Shown piece by piece: positions 1-9,471 of a stretch of DNA of 64,000 bases; the stretch's first letter is position 1; every line of letters starts with the position of its first letter. Made by a program: the position numbers and the translations under genes. A model generated the notes under the pieces. The model was not told the origin of the DNA. It searched no databases and was given only the letters and a program-made list of their open reading frames with translations. The stretch comes from Ruminococcus sp. (GTDB lineage: Bacteria; Bacillota; Clostridia; Oscillospirales; Ruminococcaceae), in contig JAISHV010000040.1 of assembly GCA_031262495.1 (NCBI GenBank), positions 17,561 to 81,560 of the forward strand. Reading direction: 5' to 3'.

Positions 1-1482
1 CCTAATGCAACAGTGAGTATTCGCGGGAATACATCGTCAAGAATGAAATTGAAGTCATATAAAATCACGCTTCATGACGAAGCGGAACCTTGGCGTTCTC
101 AGACGGTTATAAACCTCAATAAACACCCCTATGATGTGTTGGGATTTCGTCAAAAATTCACTGCTGATTTGATAAAAGACATACCCGGTATGTTCTCTTT
201 GCGTACGCAATTTGTTCATTTGTATGTTAAAGATGAAACGACCGGTGAAGAAAATCCTCAGTTTACAGATTACGGTTTCTTTACTCAAATAGAACAGCCT
301 AATGTATCTTATTTAAAGAACCACGGGCTTGATGAAAACGGTGAGTTTTATAAAGCGGAGAATTTTGAATTTGCAGATTATTACGACGAACTAAAACTTG
401 TTTCCGATCCTGAATTTGATGAGAATGCATTTTCAGATTTAGTTGAAAACAAAGGCAAAAATAACGACTACACCGACTTGATTAATATGGTACAAGATAT
501 AAATAATCCTGCTATATCTATTGAAGATACATTTAATCGTTATTTTGACGAAGAGAATTTTATGAAATGGCTTGCATCGCAGATTATTATATTAAATGTT
601 GACAATATAAATCGCAACTTTCTTCTCTACAGTCCCCCTAACAGCGAAAAATTCTACTTCATTATTTATGACTGTGACGGAATGCTTCGCTTAAATGAGC
701 AAAACCTGCGCCGTGATGTCGGCATAGACGATATGACAATTGAAGAATTCTTTTCGTATGAAAGAGGACTGACTAACTACTTCGGTGTAAAATTATACAA
801 CAGATTGTTCAGAGATCCTGAATACGTAGATAAACTCTCAAAAACAATTGAAGAAATGTATTCAGAGTATTTGACACCGGAAAAAATCTCTGACATTTCA
901 AAAAAATATGCCGCCGTTGTAAAACCATATCGGAACAGTTTGCCGGATTCACAGCTTATTTCAGAAAGTGTTTTAAGTGAATATGACGAGATATTGGAGC
1001 GTTTACCGATTCTGCTTTCGGATACAGTTAAGTCTTATTATGAGACCATCGAAGGTATTGCTCCATTCTTTATAGGTTTACCTGAAAAATCAGAGAACGG
1101 CTATGTCTTTAGATGGGATAAAGCGTATAATTTCGCGGGTCTCCCAATTAAATATAAAATTAAGGTAAGCAGTGACTTTTTTGAGAACGACATAATATTT
1201 GAAGCTGATGATTTGAGTAGTTACAGTTATTCATATGATGGTGACTTGGCTCCGGGTATTTATTATGTGATTATATCCGCTTATGACGATGCCGGACATT
1301 ATACCGATGCCGGTGAATATATATCTTATCAGGGCGGTTCAAAAAAATTCGGTACTCTTTCATTCACAATTCTACCTGACGGAACAATCGATTATACGCC
1401 GCCTACGTATGATTTTACAATGGATGTCGGTGTAGAAAATCTTGAATATATGAAAACTTTGCAGAAAATCTTTCTTGTATGA
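1..1482 (+). CDS. CotH kinase-family protein (5' end outside window)
   Basis: The frame is open from nt 1 with no stop before the tracked GTG at 13, so the gene is 5'-truncated by the window edge. It has a CotH-like core (IRGNTSS; NRNFLLYSPPNSEKFYFIIYDCDG). It sits in the CotH/VTC/DUF4956 gene triad. Confidence 0.65.
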   Translation, partial: PNATVSIRGNTSSRMKLKSYKITLHDEAEPWRSQTVINLNKHPYDVLGFRQKFTADLIKDIPGMFSLRTQFVHLYVKDETTGEENPQFTDYGFFTQIEQPNVSYLKNHGLDENGEFYKAENFEFADYYDELKLVSDPEFDENAFSDLVENKGKNNDYTDLINMVQDINNPAISIEDTFNRYFDEENFMKWLASQIIILNVDNINRNFLLYSPPNSEKFYFIIYDCDGMLRLNEQNLRRDVGIDDMTIEEFFSYERGLTNYFGVKLYNRLFRDPEYVDKLSKTIEEMYSEYLTPEKISDISKKYAAVVKPYRNSLPDSQLISESVLSEYDEILERLPILLSDTVKSYYETIEGIAPFFIGLPEKSENGYVFRWDKAYNFAGLPIKYKIKVSSDFFENDIIFEADDLSSYSYSYDGDLAPGIYYVIISAYDDAGHYTDAGEYISYQGGSKKFGTLSFTILPDGTIDYTPPTYDFTMDVGVENLEYMKTLQKIFLV

Positions 1483-1504
1483 ACACAGTAAAGGGCGTAA
1501 CGCC

Positions 1505-2266
1505 ATGAAAACATCAAAAAAACTTCGCATTAGGATTGAAGACTCCGCACTCAACCTCCGCTTCCGCCACGAACTGAAATTCCTCCTTGATGAAACACAA
1601 ACGGAGCTTCTCAGACGGCGGATTCGCCCGCTGTTTTTACCCGATAAAAATGCGGGGGAGACAGGCGTTTATAAAATCGGAAGTCTTTATTTTGACGACT
1701 TTTGGCGGCGGTCGTATACGGAAAAACTGATGGGTACATCCCGCCGTGCAAAATATCGTATCAGAGTCTATAACGACGATGATTCCTTTATTCGCCTTGA
1801 ACGAAAACTTAAATTCGATAAATATATTTCAAAACAATCCGAAGCGATTTCGCGTGTTGAATTTGAAAAAATAATGGACGGAGATTACGCGTTTTTGCTC
1901 AAATCCGACAAACCGCTTTTACGTGAATTCTATTATGAATGTATGTCAAACGTAATGCGTCCGCGGGTTATTGTCGATTATGAGCGCGAACCGTATGTAT
2001 ATCCCGGCGGTGATGTGAGGATAACTTTTGATATGAATTTGCGCGCCGGAATGAGCGGGTTTGACCTTTTTAATCCCGATCGCCCTGTCTCATATTGCCT
2101 TGACCGGCGGCAAACCATTCTTGAAGTAAAATTCACTGAATTCTTCCCGAATTACGTTAAAGAATGTGTGCGTGAGGTTGATGCTGCATATATTTCACAG
2201 TCTAAATTCGTGATGTGCCATGAAAAATATAATAACTCCGAGACAGAGGAATCGTCTTGGGAATAA
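1505..2266 (+). CDS. VTC-domain (polyphosphate polymerase tunnel domain) protein
   Basis: Motifs typical of bacterial VTC-domain proteins are present: RFRHELKFLL near the N-terminus, YKIGSLYFDD, KYRIRVYNDD, LERKLKF, ILEVKF. I moved the start from the tracked ATG 1475 (no SD) to ATG 1505, which is preceded by AAAGGG. The start remains uncertain. Confidence 0.65.
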   Translation: MKTSKKLRIRIEDSALNLRFRHELKFLLDETQTELLRRRIRPLFLPDKNAGETGVYKIGSLYFDDFWRRSYTEKLMGTSRRAKYRIRVYNDDDSFIRLERKLKFDKYISKQSEAISRVEFEKIMDGDYAFLLKSDKPLLREFYYECMSNVMRPRVIVDYEREPYVYPGGDVRITFDMNLRAGMSGFDLFNPDRPVSYCLDRRQTILEVKFTEFFPNYVKECVREVDAAYISQSKFVMCHEKYNNSETEESSWE

Positions 2267-2278
2267 AGGAGAACAACT

Positions 2279-2977
2279 ATGCAGCAAGATGCATTAAGTA
2301 TAAGAGATGTCATAAAAAATTCGCTGATTGAATCTGGTATATTTCAAAACACCCTGACTATTGACAGCGTAATCGGTATAATCATAGCACTGCTTGCTGC
2401 AATGCTTTTGGGGTTTTATATCAGTATAATTTATAAAGTTACATATCGCGGGGTAATTTACTCGCAAACATTCGCAATGTCACTTATCGGTATGTCCGTT
2501 TTAACCTGTATGGTTACTCTGGCTATCAGTACAAACGTTGTGCTCTCACTCGGTATGGTCGGCGCGTTATCTATAGTGCGTTTCAGAACAGCGGTTAAGG
2601 AACCGTTTGATCTGATGTTTATGTTCTGGTCGATTACTACGGGTATAGCTGCCGGAGCAAAAATGTTTCTGCTCGTTTGTATCGGAGCGGCAGTCGTTAC
2701 GATTTTCGTTTTTATAATGAGCGCAAAGGTTGTGAATTCAAAGGTTTATATAGCCGTCATTCGTTTTGACGGCACGGCGACCGAAGATGAAATTTACCGT
2801 ATAATGAGTAAAGAACGCTATACCGTTAAGTCGCGAACATCCCGAAAAGAATCAACAGAGTTAGCTCTCGAAGTAAGGCTCACTAAAAACAAAACCCTTT
2901 TCGCCGATAAAATTAAAAATCTTGAAAATGTATCTGAACTAACACTTGTACAGTATAATGGTGAGTATTATGGGTAA
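2279..2977 (+). CDS. DUF4956-family integral membrane protein
   Basis: It has several TM helices and the signature stretch LSLGMVGALSIVRFRTAVKEPFDLMFMFWSITTGIAAGA. An AAGGAG SD lies 7 nt upstream of the ATG. Confidence 0.7.
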   Translation: MQQDALSIRDVIKNSLIESGIFQNTLTIDSVIGIIIALLAAMLLGFYISIIYKVTYRGVIYSQTFAMSLIGMSVLTCMVTLAISTNVVLSLGMVGALSIVRFRTAVKEPFDLMFMFWSITTGIAAGAKMFLLVCIGAAVVTIFVFIMSAKVVNSKVYIAVIRFDGTATEDEIYRIMSKERYTVKSRTSRKESTELALEVRLTKNKTLFADKIKNLENVSELTLVQYNGEYYG

Positions 2978-4211
2978 TAAAATTCCGAAAATCCGGCGTA
3001 TTATATTTTTTACTTCACTTTCTATTGCATTTATAATCATTTGTGCCGCGATAATCTCGGTTTTCACAGCCGGCGGCAAAACAATTTTCTATATCAAACC
3101 GAATGAGTTTCACCCTTTGCGTAACCCTTTGATGGGATATGCGGCAACTAACCATATTTCAGGTTCTGATTTGGTTTATGTTGAAGTAACGTGGGCGGAA
3201 CTTGAACCGAGTGAAGGCGTTTATGATTTTAAGGGGATTAATGCGAAATACGAATTGAACTTATTAAAACTTGCGGGGAAACGCATTGTTTTCCGCTTTT
3301 TATCAGACCGCCCCGGCGATACTGAACATATGGATATACCGTTGTGGCTTTATGAGCAAATCGACGGGGAGTATTATGATAATGAATACGGCAAAGGTTT
3401 TTCGCCTGACTATGACAATATAAAATTAATGAAACATCACGAAAACGCCATTAAAGCACTGAGTGATGAATACGGCAGCGACAACTTTTTCGCATACATC
3501 GAGATAGGTTCTGTCGGACACAATGGCAGTTTTGAAACGTCTGACGAAATTTCCGCGGGTATTGACAAATATATTCTTGAGAATTATGTTGAGGATTATA
3601 TTAATAATTTTAAACATTCAATTCTTTTAACACCGGGTTACAGTTATTTCACAGAAGAATACGGTCTCGGCGAGTATAACCCGAATATTGAGGACGGTTT
3701 TTCGGATTTCAGCGATAATAAATGCTTCGGAGCGCATATTCTCAAAGAAAGCACCGACTATTCAGGACTGATTAACGGCAATCATTTGAGTTATATTGTA
3801 TCGGATTTTTCATTGCCCGAAGAAACTTATGAAAATGTGGGATATCTGTTAAAAGTCACAGAAGCATACGCCGAATCAGACCGTACGACAGGGGAATTGA
3901 CCGTAAGTATGACTTTCTCGAGCGAAGGGGCGGCGGCGTTCCCGGCTGATTGGGAACCGGTGCTTTATATCGTCAATTCACGTGGGAAAACACTTGTTAA
4001 ATTCCCTTTGAATCTCCCTTTGAATTCGATTGAACCGGGAAAAACGGCGGAAGTTAAAAAAACAATAAATCTCGCCGCTTTTTCAAACGAATACACATTC
4101 AGGCTTTGTGTCGGTGTTCAGGACCCCATTACGGATAAACCTTGCGTTGCTTTTGCAATGGACGGTGAGATCAGCGAAAATATCTTTAATTTCGGTTCTG
4201 TAAATATGTGA
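2970..4211 (+). CDS. membrane-anchored glycoside-hydrolase-like protein (GH42-like / DUF4832-type TIM barrel, tentative)
   Basis: An N-terminal TM anchor (IIFFTSLSIAFIIICAAIISVF) is followed by NPLMGYA, VEVTWAELEPSEGVYDF and KRIVFRF, resembling clan GH-A hydrolases. ATG 2970 overlaps the upstream stop (ATGGGTAA). The tracked start at 2946 is also possible. Confidence 0.45.
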   Translation: MGNKIPKIRRIIFFTSLSIAFIIICAAIISVFTAGGKTIFYIKPNEFHPLRNPLMGYAATNHISGSDLVYVEVTWAELEPSEGVYDFKGINAKYELNLLKLAGKRIVFRFLSDRPGDTEHMDIPLWLYEQIDGEYYDNEYGKGFSPDYDNIKLMKHHENAIKALSDEYGSDNFFAYIEIGSVGHNGSFETSDEISAGIDKYILENYVEDYINNFKHSILLTPGYSYFTEEYGLGEYNPNIEDGFSDFSDNKCFGAHILKESTDYSGLINGNHLSYIVSDFSLPEETYENVGYLLKVTEAYAESDRTTGELTVSMTFSSEGAAAFPADWEPVLYIVNSRGKTLVKFPLNLPLNSIEPGKTAEVKKTINLAAFSNEYTFRLCVGVQDPITDKPCVAFAMDGEISENIFNFGSVNM

Positions 4212-4227
4212 TTTATTTAAAAATAAT

Positions 4228-4290
4228 GAGCAAAGAGAGTATAGTAGTTTCAAACTGCTATGCTCTCTTTGCTCTCTTTGCTCTCTTTTT
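4228..4290 (+). terminator. long hairpin plus T-rich tail
   Basis: GAGCAAAGAGAGTATAGTAGTTT..AAACTGCTATGCTCTCTTTGCTC is followed by gctctcttt repeats and a T run, directly after the stop at 4211. Confidence 0.6.
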
Positions 4291-4298
4291 GTTCTTTT

Positions 4299-4450
4299 TA
4301 TACTAATATGCAATAAAAAAATGAAATGAAGTGCGGGCGGGCGAGGGCGCCCGCCCCTACAAAAAATTTTGGTCTGTAGGGGCGACCGCCCTCGGTCGCC
4401 CGTTGTTTTGGAGCGAATTTATTCAATTCTATAAATGAATATTAGTATTA
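4299..4450 (-). mobile_element. MITE-like GC-rich palindromic element, copy 1 (inverted relative to copies 2 and 3)
   Basis: The ends TACTAATATGCAAT and (reverse-complemented) TACTAATATTCATT form a 12/14 inverted repeat. The core holds two inverted TGTAGGGGCG...CGCCCG modules. Its reverse complement aligns end to end with 48939..49105 and 61687..61861. It lies between convergent genes. Confidence 0.7.
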
Positions 4451-4453
4451 AAT

Positions 4454-7168
4454 CTATGCCATAACAATTTCGCCGCAGATTTCCCTGCAAAGATTTGCGG
4501 CATCTTCAAACTCTGCGAACATTATAAGCTCTGATATTTTCATAATTTTCTCTGCTATCGGCGGTTCAAATGAAGCTTTCTCAAGTATTGAAATAAGCGG
4601 TTCGGCGATTGTTTCATCATAGTTATCACAAGCGGAGGCAATCTCCGATAACGTTTTAAGCAAATCAGGCGCGTCGGTATCAGCCTTCTTTTTACTTTCG
4701 GCAGCTTCATTTTTGAGTGTTTCTATGAATTTTTTTAAACCTTGAATGAAGCTTGGAAGCTCTTTTTTTATTATTTCGTCATTGCCGCTTTTACCGGCGA
4801 ATTCAAGTAATTTTGCCGCTTCGGAAAGGGTATTATTACCGACATTTGCGCAAGATGATTTCATTCCGTGAGCGGAAATCGCGAAAAGTTTCCAATCGGC
4901 TTTTTCTGCAGAAGACTCCATTGACTCTATTGCCGACCGGGCATCATTAATAAAGAATGTAATAAGCTTTTTCCGTATTTCTTTTCCGACTTCGGAGTCG
5001 GTTGTTTCGGTATATGTATTTTCTGTATACGTTTTTCCGGTGCGATATTTGTCGCGGACGAATTTATTCAAAGCCGAATTAAGATTACGCAAGTCAATAG
5101 GTTTTGAAATAAAATCATCAAAACCGTTATTGATAAACATCTGACTTGCGCCGGAAACTGCATTCGCAGTGAGCGCAACTATTGTTCCCGTATAACCGAA
5201 TTCGCGGATTTTGACTGTGGTTTCGATACCATCCATTTGAGGCATCATATGATCCATAAAAATTACGTCAAAACTTTCTCCGCTTTTTATTAAATCAAGA
5301 GCTTCAAACCCCGATTTTACAAGTTTTATTTTGAGGTTATATGGTTTCATCAGACCTTCTGCAACAAAAAGGTTTGTTTCAACATCATCAACCACCAAAA
5401 CAGAACCATATGGCATATTTTCACGGCGGATTTGCAGTTTTTCCGATTGTCTTTCACGTGAGAACGTGAAATTACTGAGTTTTTCAGACAGTTCGGGACC
5501 AATTTCCGTAAGCCCGATTTTTGTTTGTTTTATACGAATCGTGAAAGTACTGCCTTTGCCGAATACGCTCTTAACATCAATACTGCCGTTCATCATATTG
5601 ACAAGCCGCCAAGTAATATTCATACCCAGCCCTGTTCCTTCGGTATTGCGGTTTGCAGATGAATTAAAACGCGAATATTCACTGAAAAGGTTATTAACAT
5701 CCTCTTCTTTCATACCCTGTCCCGTATCTTCAACTCGGAAAATAAGGTCAATTTCGGACGTTTCGGGGTCAACTAATTCATGTGAAACATACATCTTAAC
5801 AGAGCCGCTGTCTGTATATTTAAAAGCGTTTGAAAGCACATTATTCAGTATCTGTTTTATCCGAAGTTCATCACCTAAAAGGTGAGCGGGCGTATATTCA
5901 TCAACATAAAGCGAGAAGTCAATAGCTTTTGAGCCGATTCTGTACATATTAAGCTGAACTGAATCGTTAATCAAACTCGGTAAATCATAATCAGACGGAT
6001 TAATATCCAGATTGCCCGATTCGATTTTCGAGAGATCCAAAATATCATTAATAATGCCGAGTAAACTGTGTCCCGATGAGTAAATTCTTTCAATTTGCGC
6101 ATTGAGTTCCGGTGTCACATCGGATCTGCCCATAATCATCTGAGAGATACCGATTATGCCGTTCATCGGCGTTCTGATTTCGTGAGACATAGTAGCAAGG
6201 AAACGCGATTTAGATTCGTTCGCCGTTTTCGCTTGTTTCATAGCTTCTTCTGCAAGATTTTTTGCCTCTACTGTTGAAGTTATATCGGAAATATTTATAA
6301 AAATGCCTTTGACATCGCCTTGAAGACTGTCACAAATTACCCTGAACCAACGGCTTTCACCGTGAAGTTTTATCTCACAAATCTGCGAATAAAAACCGTC
6401 AGTGTCCATTATATCGGCAAGCATAAGCTTTAATTCTCTGTCGGCGAAAAGATCAAGGAGAGGACGCCCGATAGCAAGCACAGGTTCAATTTCGGCAAGA
6501 TCAGCGAGCGGCTTTGAAAGATACTGAACCTTTTTTTGATCATCTACAATAACCATCATATCAGGTGTTGTCGAAAGCATAGATGAGAATGAATGGAGTC
6601 CTCTTTGCGCCACTCCTTCCTTTACGGAAGAACGGAAACACAGCACCGTAAGAAAGAAAAATCCGTAAAAACAAAGTAATCCGCCGAGCACCATTTCATT
6701 AAATGCAGCTATTTCGGGTTTTAAAAAAATCGTAAAGTATAAAACTAAATTGACAGCCAAAGCCGTACAGAAAAAGGCGATAAGCATTTTGAAATTCTGA
6801 TAAACGCTCACAATCCCGACAACACATAAAAGCGAGATATAATAATACACAAAATATTGCGTAATATAAGCCCCGATGATGAATATAGACATTATGAGAA
6901 TACCCGTGACAAGCGGAGTAGCCTTATGCCCTCTCATAATAATCTGTACAATTGTGACGAGGACAGTAGCTATAACGCACAGTCCGAATGTTTTGAGAGA
7001 GTTCGCGATGGGATTTCCCGTAATAAGAGGCTCAATAAGCCGCAAAACGCCGTAAAGAAGAACACCGATACGCCCGATATTATTCCCGAATTTATATTCA
7101 GGGGTTATGGTATGATGAGCACGTAAATCAGGAGAAACGTGAAGATTTTTGTTATCAATACTTTTCAT
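4454..7168 (-). CDS. hybrid sensor histidine kinase (multi-TM, PAS-like, HisKA, HATPase, REC, HPt)
   Basis: H-box SHEIRTPMNGIIG; ATP-binding boxes DTGQGM and GTGLGMNI; receiver VLVVDD...IFMDHMMPQMDG...ALTA; C-terminal HPt AISAHGMKSSCANVG; hydrophobic N-terminal third. Confidence 0.9.
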   Translation of the reverse strand: MKSIDNKNLHVSPDLRAHHTITPEYKFGNNIGRIGVLLYGVLRLIEPLITGNPIANSLKTFGLCVIATVLVTIVQIIMRGHKATPLVTGILIMSIFIIGAYITQYFVYYYISLLCVVGIVSVYQNFKMLIAFFCTALAVNLVLYFTIFLKPEIAAFNEMVLGGLLCFYGFFFLTVLCFRSSVKEGVAQRGLHSFSSMLSTTPDMMVIVDDQKKVQYLSKPLADLAEIEPVLAIGRPLLDLFADRELKLMLADIMDTDGFYSQICEIKLHGESRWFRVICDSLQGDVKGIFINISDITSTVEAKNLAEEAMKQAKTANESKSRFLATMSHEIRTPMNGIIGISQMIMGRSDVTPELNAQIERIYSSGHSLLGIINDILDLSKIESGNLDINPSDYDLPSLINDSVQLNMYRIGSKAIDFSLYVDEYTPAHLLGDELRIKQILNNVLSNAFKYTDSGSVKMYVSHELVDPETSEIDLIFRVEDTGQGMKEEDVNNLFSEYSRFNSSANRNTEGTGLGMNITWRLVNMMNGSIDVKSVFGKGSTFTIRIKQTKIGLTEIGPELSEKLSNFTFSRERQSEKLQIRRENMPYGSVLVVDDVETNLFVAEGLMKPYNLKIKLVKSGFEALDLIKSGESFDVIFMDHMMPQMDGIETTVKIREFGYTGTIVALTANAVSGASQMFINNGFDDFISKPIDLRNLNSALNKFVRDKYRTGKTYTENTYTETTDSEVGKEIRKKLITFFINDARSAIESMESSAEKADWKLFAISAHGMKSSCANVGNNTLSEAAKLLEFAGKSGNDEIIKKELPSFIQGLKKFIETLKNEAAESKKKADTDAPDLLKTLSEIASACDNYDETIAEPLISILEKASFEPPIAEKIMKISELIMFAEFEDAANLCREICGEIVMA

Positions 7169-7170
7169 AT

Positions 7171-8169
7171 TTAACCGGCTTTCTTGTTTGCTCTTTGATC
7201 AATGTTAGCATCAAAATAATTGAGATAATGAGTATTCGCGGGAGCAACAACCTTAACAGCTTGAGGAACGATTTCCATTTCAATTTCGTTTGTCAGAAAA
7301 TATTCCCCGTCCAAATCAACGTGGAGTATCCTGTCGCTTGAGCATTTGAGATGCTTGCCGCGAATGCATATGAAATTTTCCGGAAATTCAGCGGCTTTCC
7401 CTCTCACATAATCAGAGAAACGTATTATACATTTGAGTGCAGACATAGGTTTAATTAAAACTACATCAAATAGTCCGTCGTTTGGTATAGCATATGGGTT
7501 AGGGGCGTTTTTTCCGCCGTTGCCGAATGTGTTTGAAATATTTATATCAATATAGGTTCCCGAATAATCTATATCGTCAATGTAAAGATTATAATATTGA
7601 AGCCGTGTTTCTTTATTCAAAATACATCGCAGTCCGCCTAAGTTATATAAGAACGGCATTAACAAACCGGAGTGCTTAAACGGCGTAATAAACTTTATTA
7701 AACTTTCAACAGCCGGAGTAGCACTTGATTCAAGACCTATTGTCGTATTCATAATATTGTAGTTTGTACCGCATTTTATGATATCGGTGAGAATTGTGTC
7801 TGAATGTGACAGTGTTTTAATATCACGGAAACGTTTGACGTTATATTCGCCGAAAGAGCGGAGAAAATCGTTAACTTTACCGTATGGTACACTGGCGATT
7901 TCTGCATTTTCATATCCGACAATACCATTCAGGCAGTCGAAAAGAATACCGTCCCCTCCTACAGCGTAAACTCTGACAACCTCGTTTTTATCGACGCTTC
8001 CGATATAACGATTAACAGCAGCTATGGCATCACGCGGGTATCGCGAAATATAGATCTTATATTCGGCGCGTTTGCCTGTAGAGAAACAATCCTCAACATT
8101 CAGCAAAAACGATTTGAGCGAATTAAGATCAACAAAACTCCGAGGGTTAATTACAAACAAATGGCGCAT
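7171..8169 (-). CDS. diacylglycerol/lipid kinase family protein (YegS/BmrU-like)
   Basis: It has the DAGK catalytic-domain pattern MRHLFVINP...YAVGGDGILFDCLNGIVG. It is packed 2 nt from the kinase gene downstream. Confidence 0.75.
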   Translation of the reverse strand: MRHLFVINPRSFVDLNSLKSFLLNVEDCFSTGKRAEYKIYISRYPRDAIAAVNRYIGSVDKNEVVRVYAVGGDGILFDCLNGIVGYENAEIASVPYGKVNDFLRSFGEYNVKRFRDIKTLSHSDTILTDIIKCGTNYNIMNTTIGLESSATPAVESLIKFITPFKHSGLLMPFLYNLGGLRCILNKETRLQYYNLYIDDIDYSGTYIDINISNTFGNGGKNAPNPYAIPNDGLFDVVLIKPMSALKCIIRFSDYVRGKAAEFPENFICIRGKHLKCSSDRILHVDLDGEYFLTNEIEMEIVPQAVKVVAPANTHYLNYFDANIDQRANKKAG

Positions 8170-8245
8170 ATTATAGTAATTCCATTTCCATTCTATCTCA
8201 AAAAAGCGTAAAAAATTAGTGAAAACTTTGTAATTTCACAGTTAA

Positions 8246-9124
8246 TTATCCGACCCTTACAGCTTTCCTGCGTATTTTATCTTCATACATACGTTCATCG
8301 GCAAGCGCGAAAATTTCTTCGTAAGTTTCATCAGGATGAAGCATTTCAGCGGTGCCGAAAGAAACACTCGGCGTTCCTATAATATCGTCAGTGATTTTAT
8401 CAAGCTCTGATGAAATCAAAGCGACAAGCAGGTCGGCTGCACTTTTTCCGCCTCCGGGAATAAGGATAACGAGTTCGTCTCCCCCTGTTCTCGCCGCGAA
8501 AGCTTCTTGGGGCAGTACTTTTGTAATCGTTTCGGCAATAACAGCTAAAAGTCTGTCACCGGCATTATGACCGAGTGAATCATTAATACGCTTAAGGAAA
8601 TTCACATCGCCTGAAATAATCCCGAGCGGCATACATTTTTCGTTACAAAAATCCGAAAGTCTTTTAAGATAGGCGTTTTTATTATAAAGTCCTGTCATAC
8701 TGTCAAGGAAAGCGGCATTTTGAACTTCACGCAGAGAGGATTGTGTTTCTTTTAAATTTATATCGTTTTTGATATGTGTTTCAATACGTTTCAACAGTAC
8801 AGAAGTTGAAAACGGTTTTGTTATAAAATCGACAGCACCGAGGTCAAAGCCTTTTGTTTCAATCTCTTCATCCTTATGCGCAGTCAGAAAAATCACCGGT
8901 ACATCTTTTAAATTCGGATCGGTTTTAATCTGTTTAATGGCAGTGAACCCGTCAACCTCCGGCATCTCAATATCAAGCAGTATTATATCAGGCTGTATTT
9001 TTTCGGAAATCTGAAACATTTTCGCCGCTGATAAAACAGTCAAAGTTCGATATATGCCTGTCAATGCGTTTTTTGCGGCAATCAAATTTGTCTGGTTGTC
9101 ATCTACGATGAATACGGTTTTCAT
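8246..9124 (-). CDS. response regulator with GGDEF-type output domain (GGDEL variant)
   Basis: Receiver: VFIVDD...ILLDIEMPEVDG...LTAHKD...KP. GGDEF fold: DSMTGLYNKNAY, LGHNAGD, ARTGGDELVIL. Confidence 0.85.
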   Translation of the reverse strand: MKTVFIVDDNQTNLIAAKNALTGIYRTLTVLSAAKMFQISEKIQPDIILLDIEMPEVDGFTAIKQIKTDPNLKDVPVIFLTAHKDEEIETKGFDLGAVDFITKPFSTSVLLKRIETHIKNDINLKETQSSLREVQNAAFLDSMTGLYNKNAYLKRLSDFCNEKCMPLGIISGDVNFLKRINDSLGHNAGDRLLAVIAETITKVLPQEAFAARTGGDELVILIPGGGKSAADLLVALISSELDKITDDIIGTPSVSFGTAEMLHPDETYEEIFALADERMYEDKIRRKAVRVG

Positions 9125-9226
9125 ATGTACCTCAACACTTTAAAATATATTAATTTTATGATCATTAATTTATATGAATTTGTTCCGAAATAATTAACTC
9201 CGGGTACGCTAATGCAAACTAATACT

Positions 9227-9255
9227 ATTGTAACAGTTTTTAAACCGATTGTCAA
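9227..9255 (-). promoter_or_regulatory. sigma-A-type promoter for the RR-GGDEF operon
   Basis: On the minus strand: TTGACA, 17 nt, TACAAT. It lies about 100 nt upstream of the ATG at 9124. Confidence 0.5.
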
Positions 9256-9393
9256 GATGAACAGTATGAATTTTTGAGAAATTATTATCGCCCATTTTTG
9301 CCATATTTTGATTGTAGTATGAGACTTTAATATTTTGTTCAAATTTATTTTGAATGAAATCAAACAAATATTCATACTATTCTATTTATAGCA

Positions 9394-9422
9394 TTGACAA
9401 ACGGCAATTTTTGTGTTATAAT
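9394..9422 (+). promoter_or_regulatory. sigma-A-type promoter (extended -10) for the LuxR/MalT-like gene
   Basis: TTGACA, 17 nt, TATAAT, with TGt just upstream of the -10. Confidence 0.6.
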
Positions 9423-9471
9423 TAAAGATAAAATATGAGGTTTTTTAGATTACACAAAAGAGGTAAAAACA

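Noticed and set aside
9121-9375. 84-aa minus-strand ORF in the 9.1-9.4 kb intergenic region
   Set aside because: It has AT-rich, Ile/Lys/Phe-biased composition, overlaps the promoter predicted for the RR-GGDEF operon, and has no SD.
9394-9405. Identical 12-mer TTGACAAACGGC at three promoters (9394, 37367, 45467)
   Set aside because: Most -35 boxes in this window are followed by A-rich sequence (TTGACAAA occurs at seven or more promoters), and the flanks of the three sites are otherwise unrelated. I treat it as probable promoter-context bias rather than a shared operator, though a genome-wide count could revisit this.
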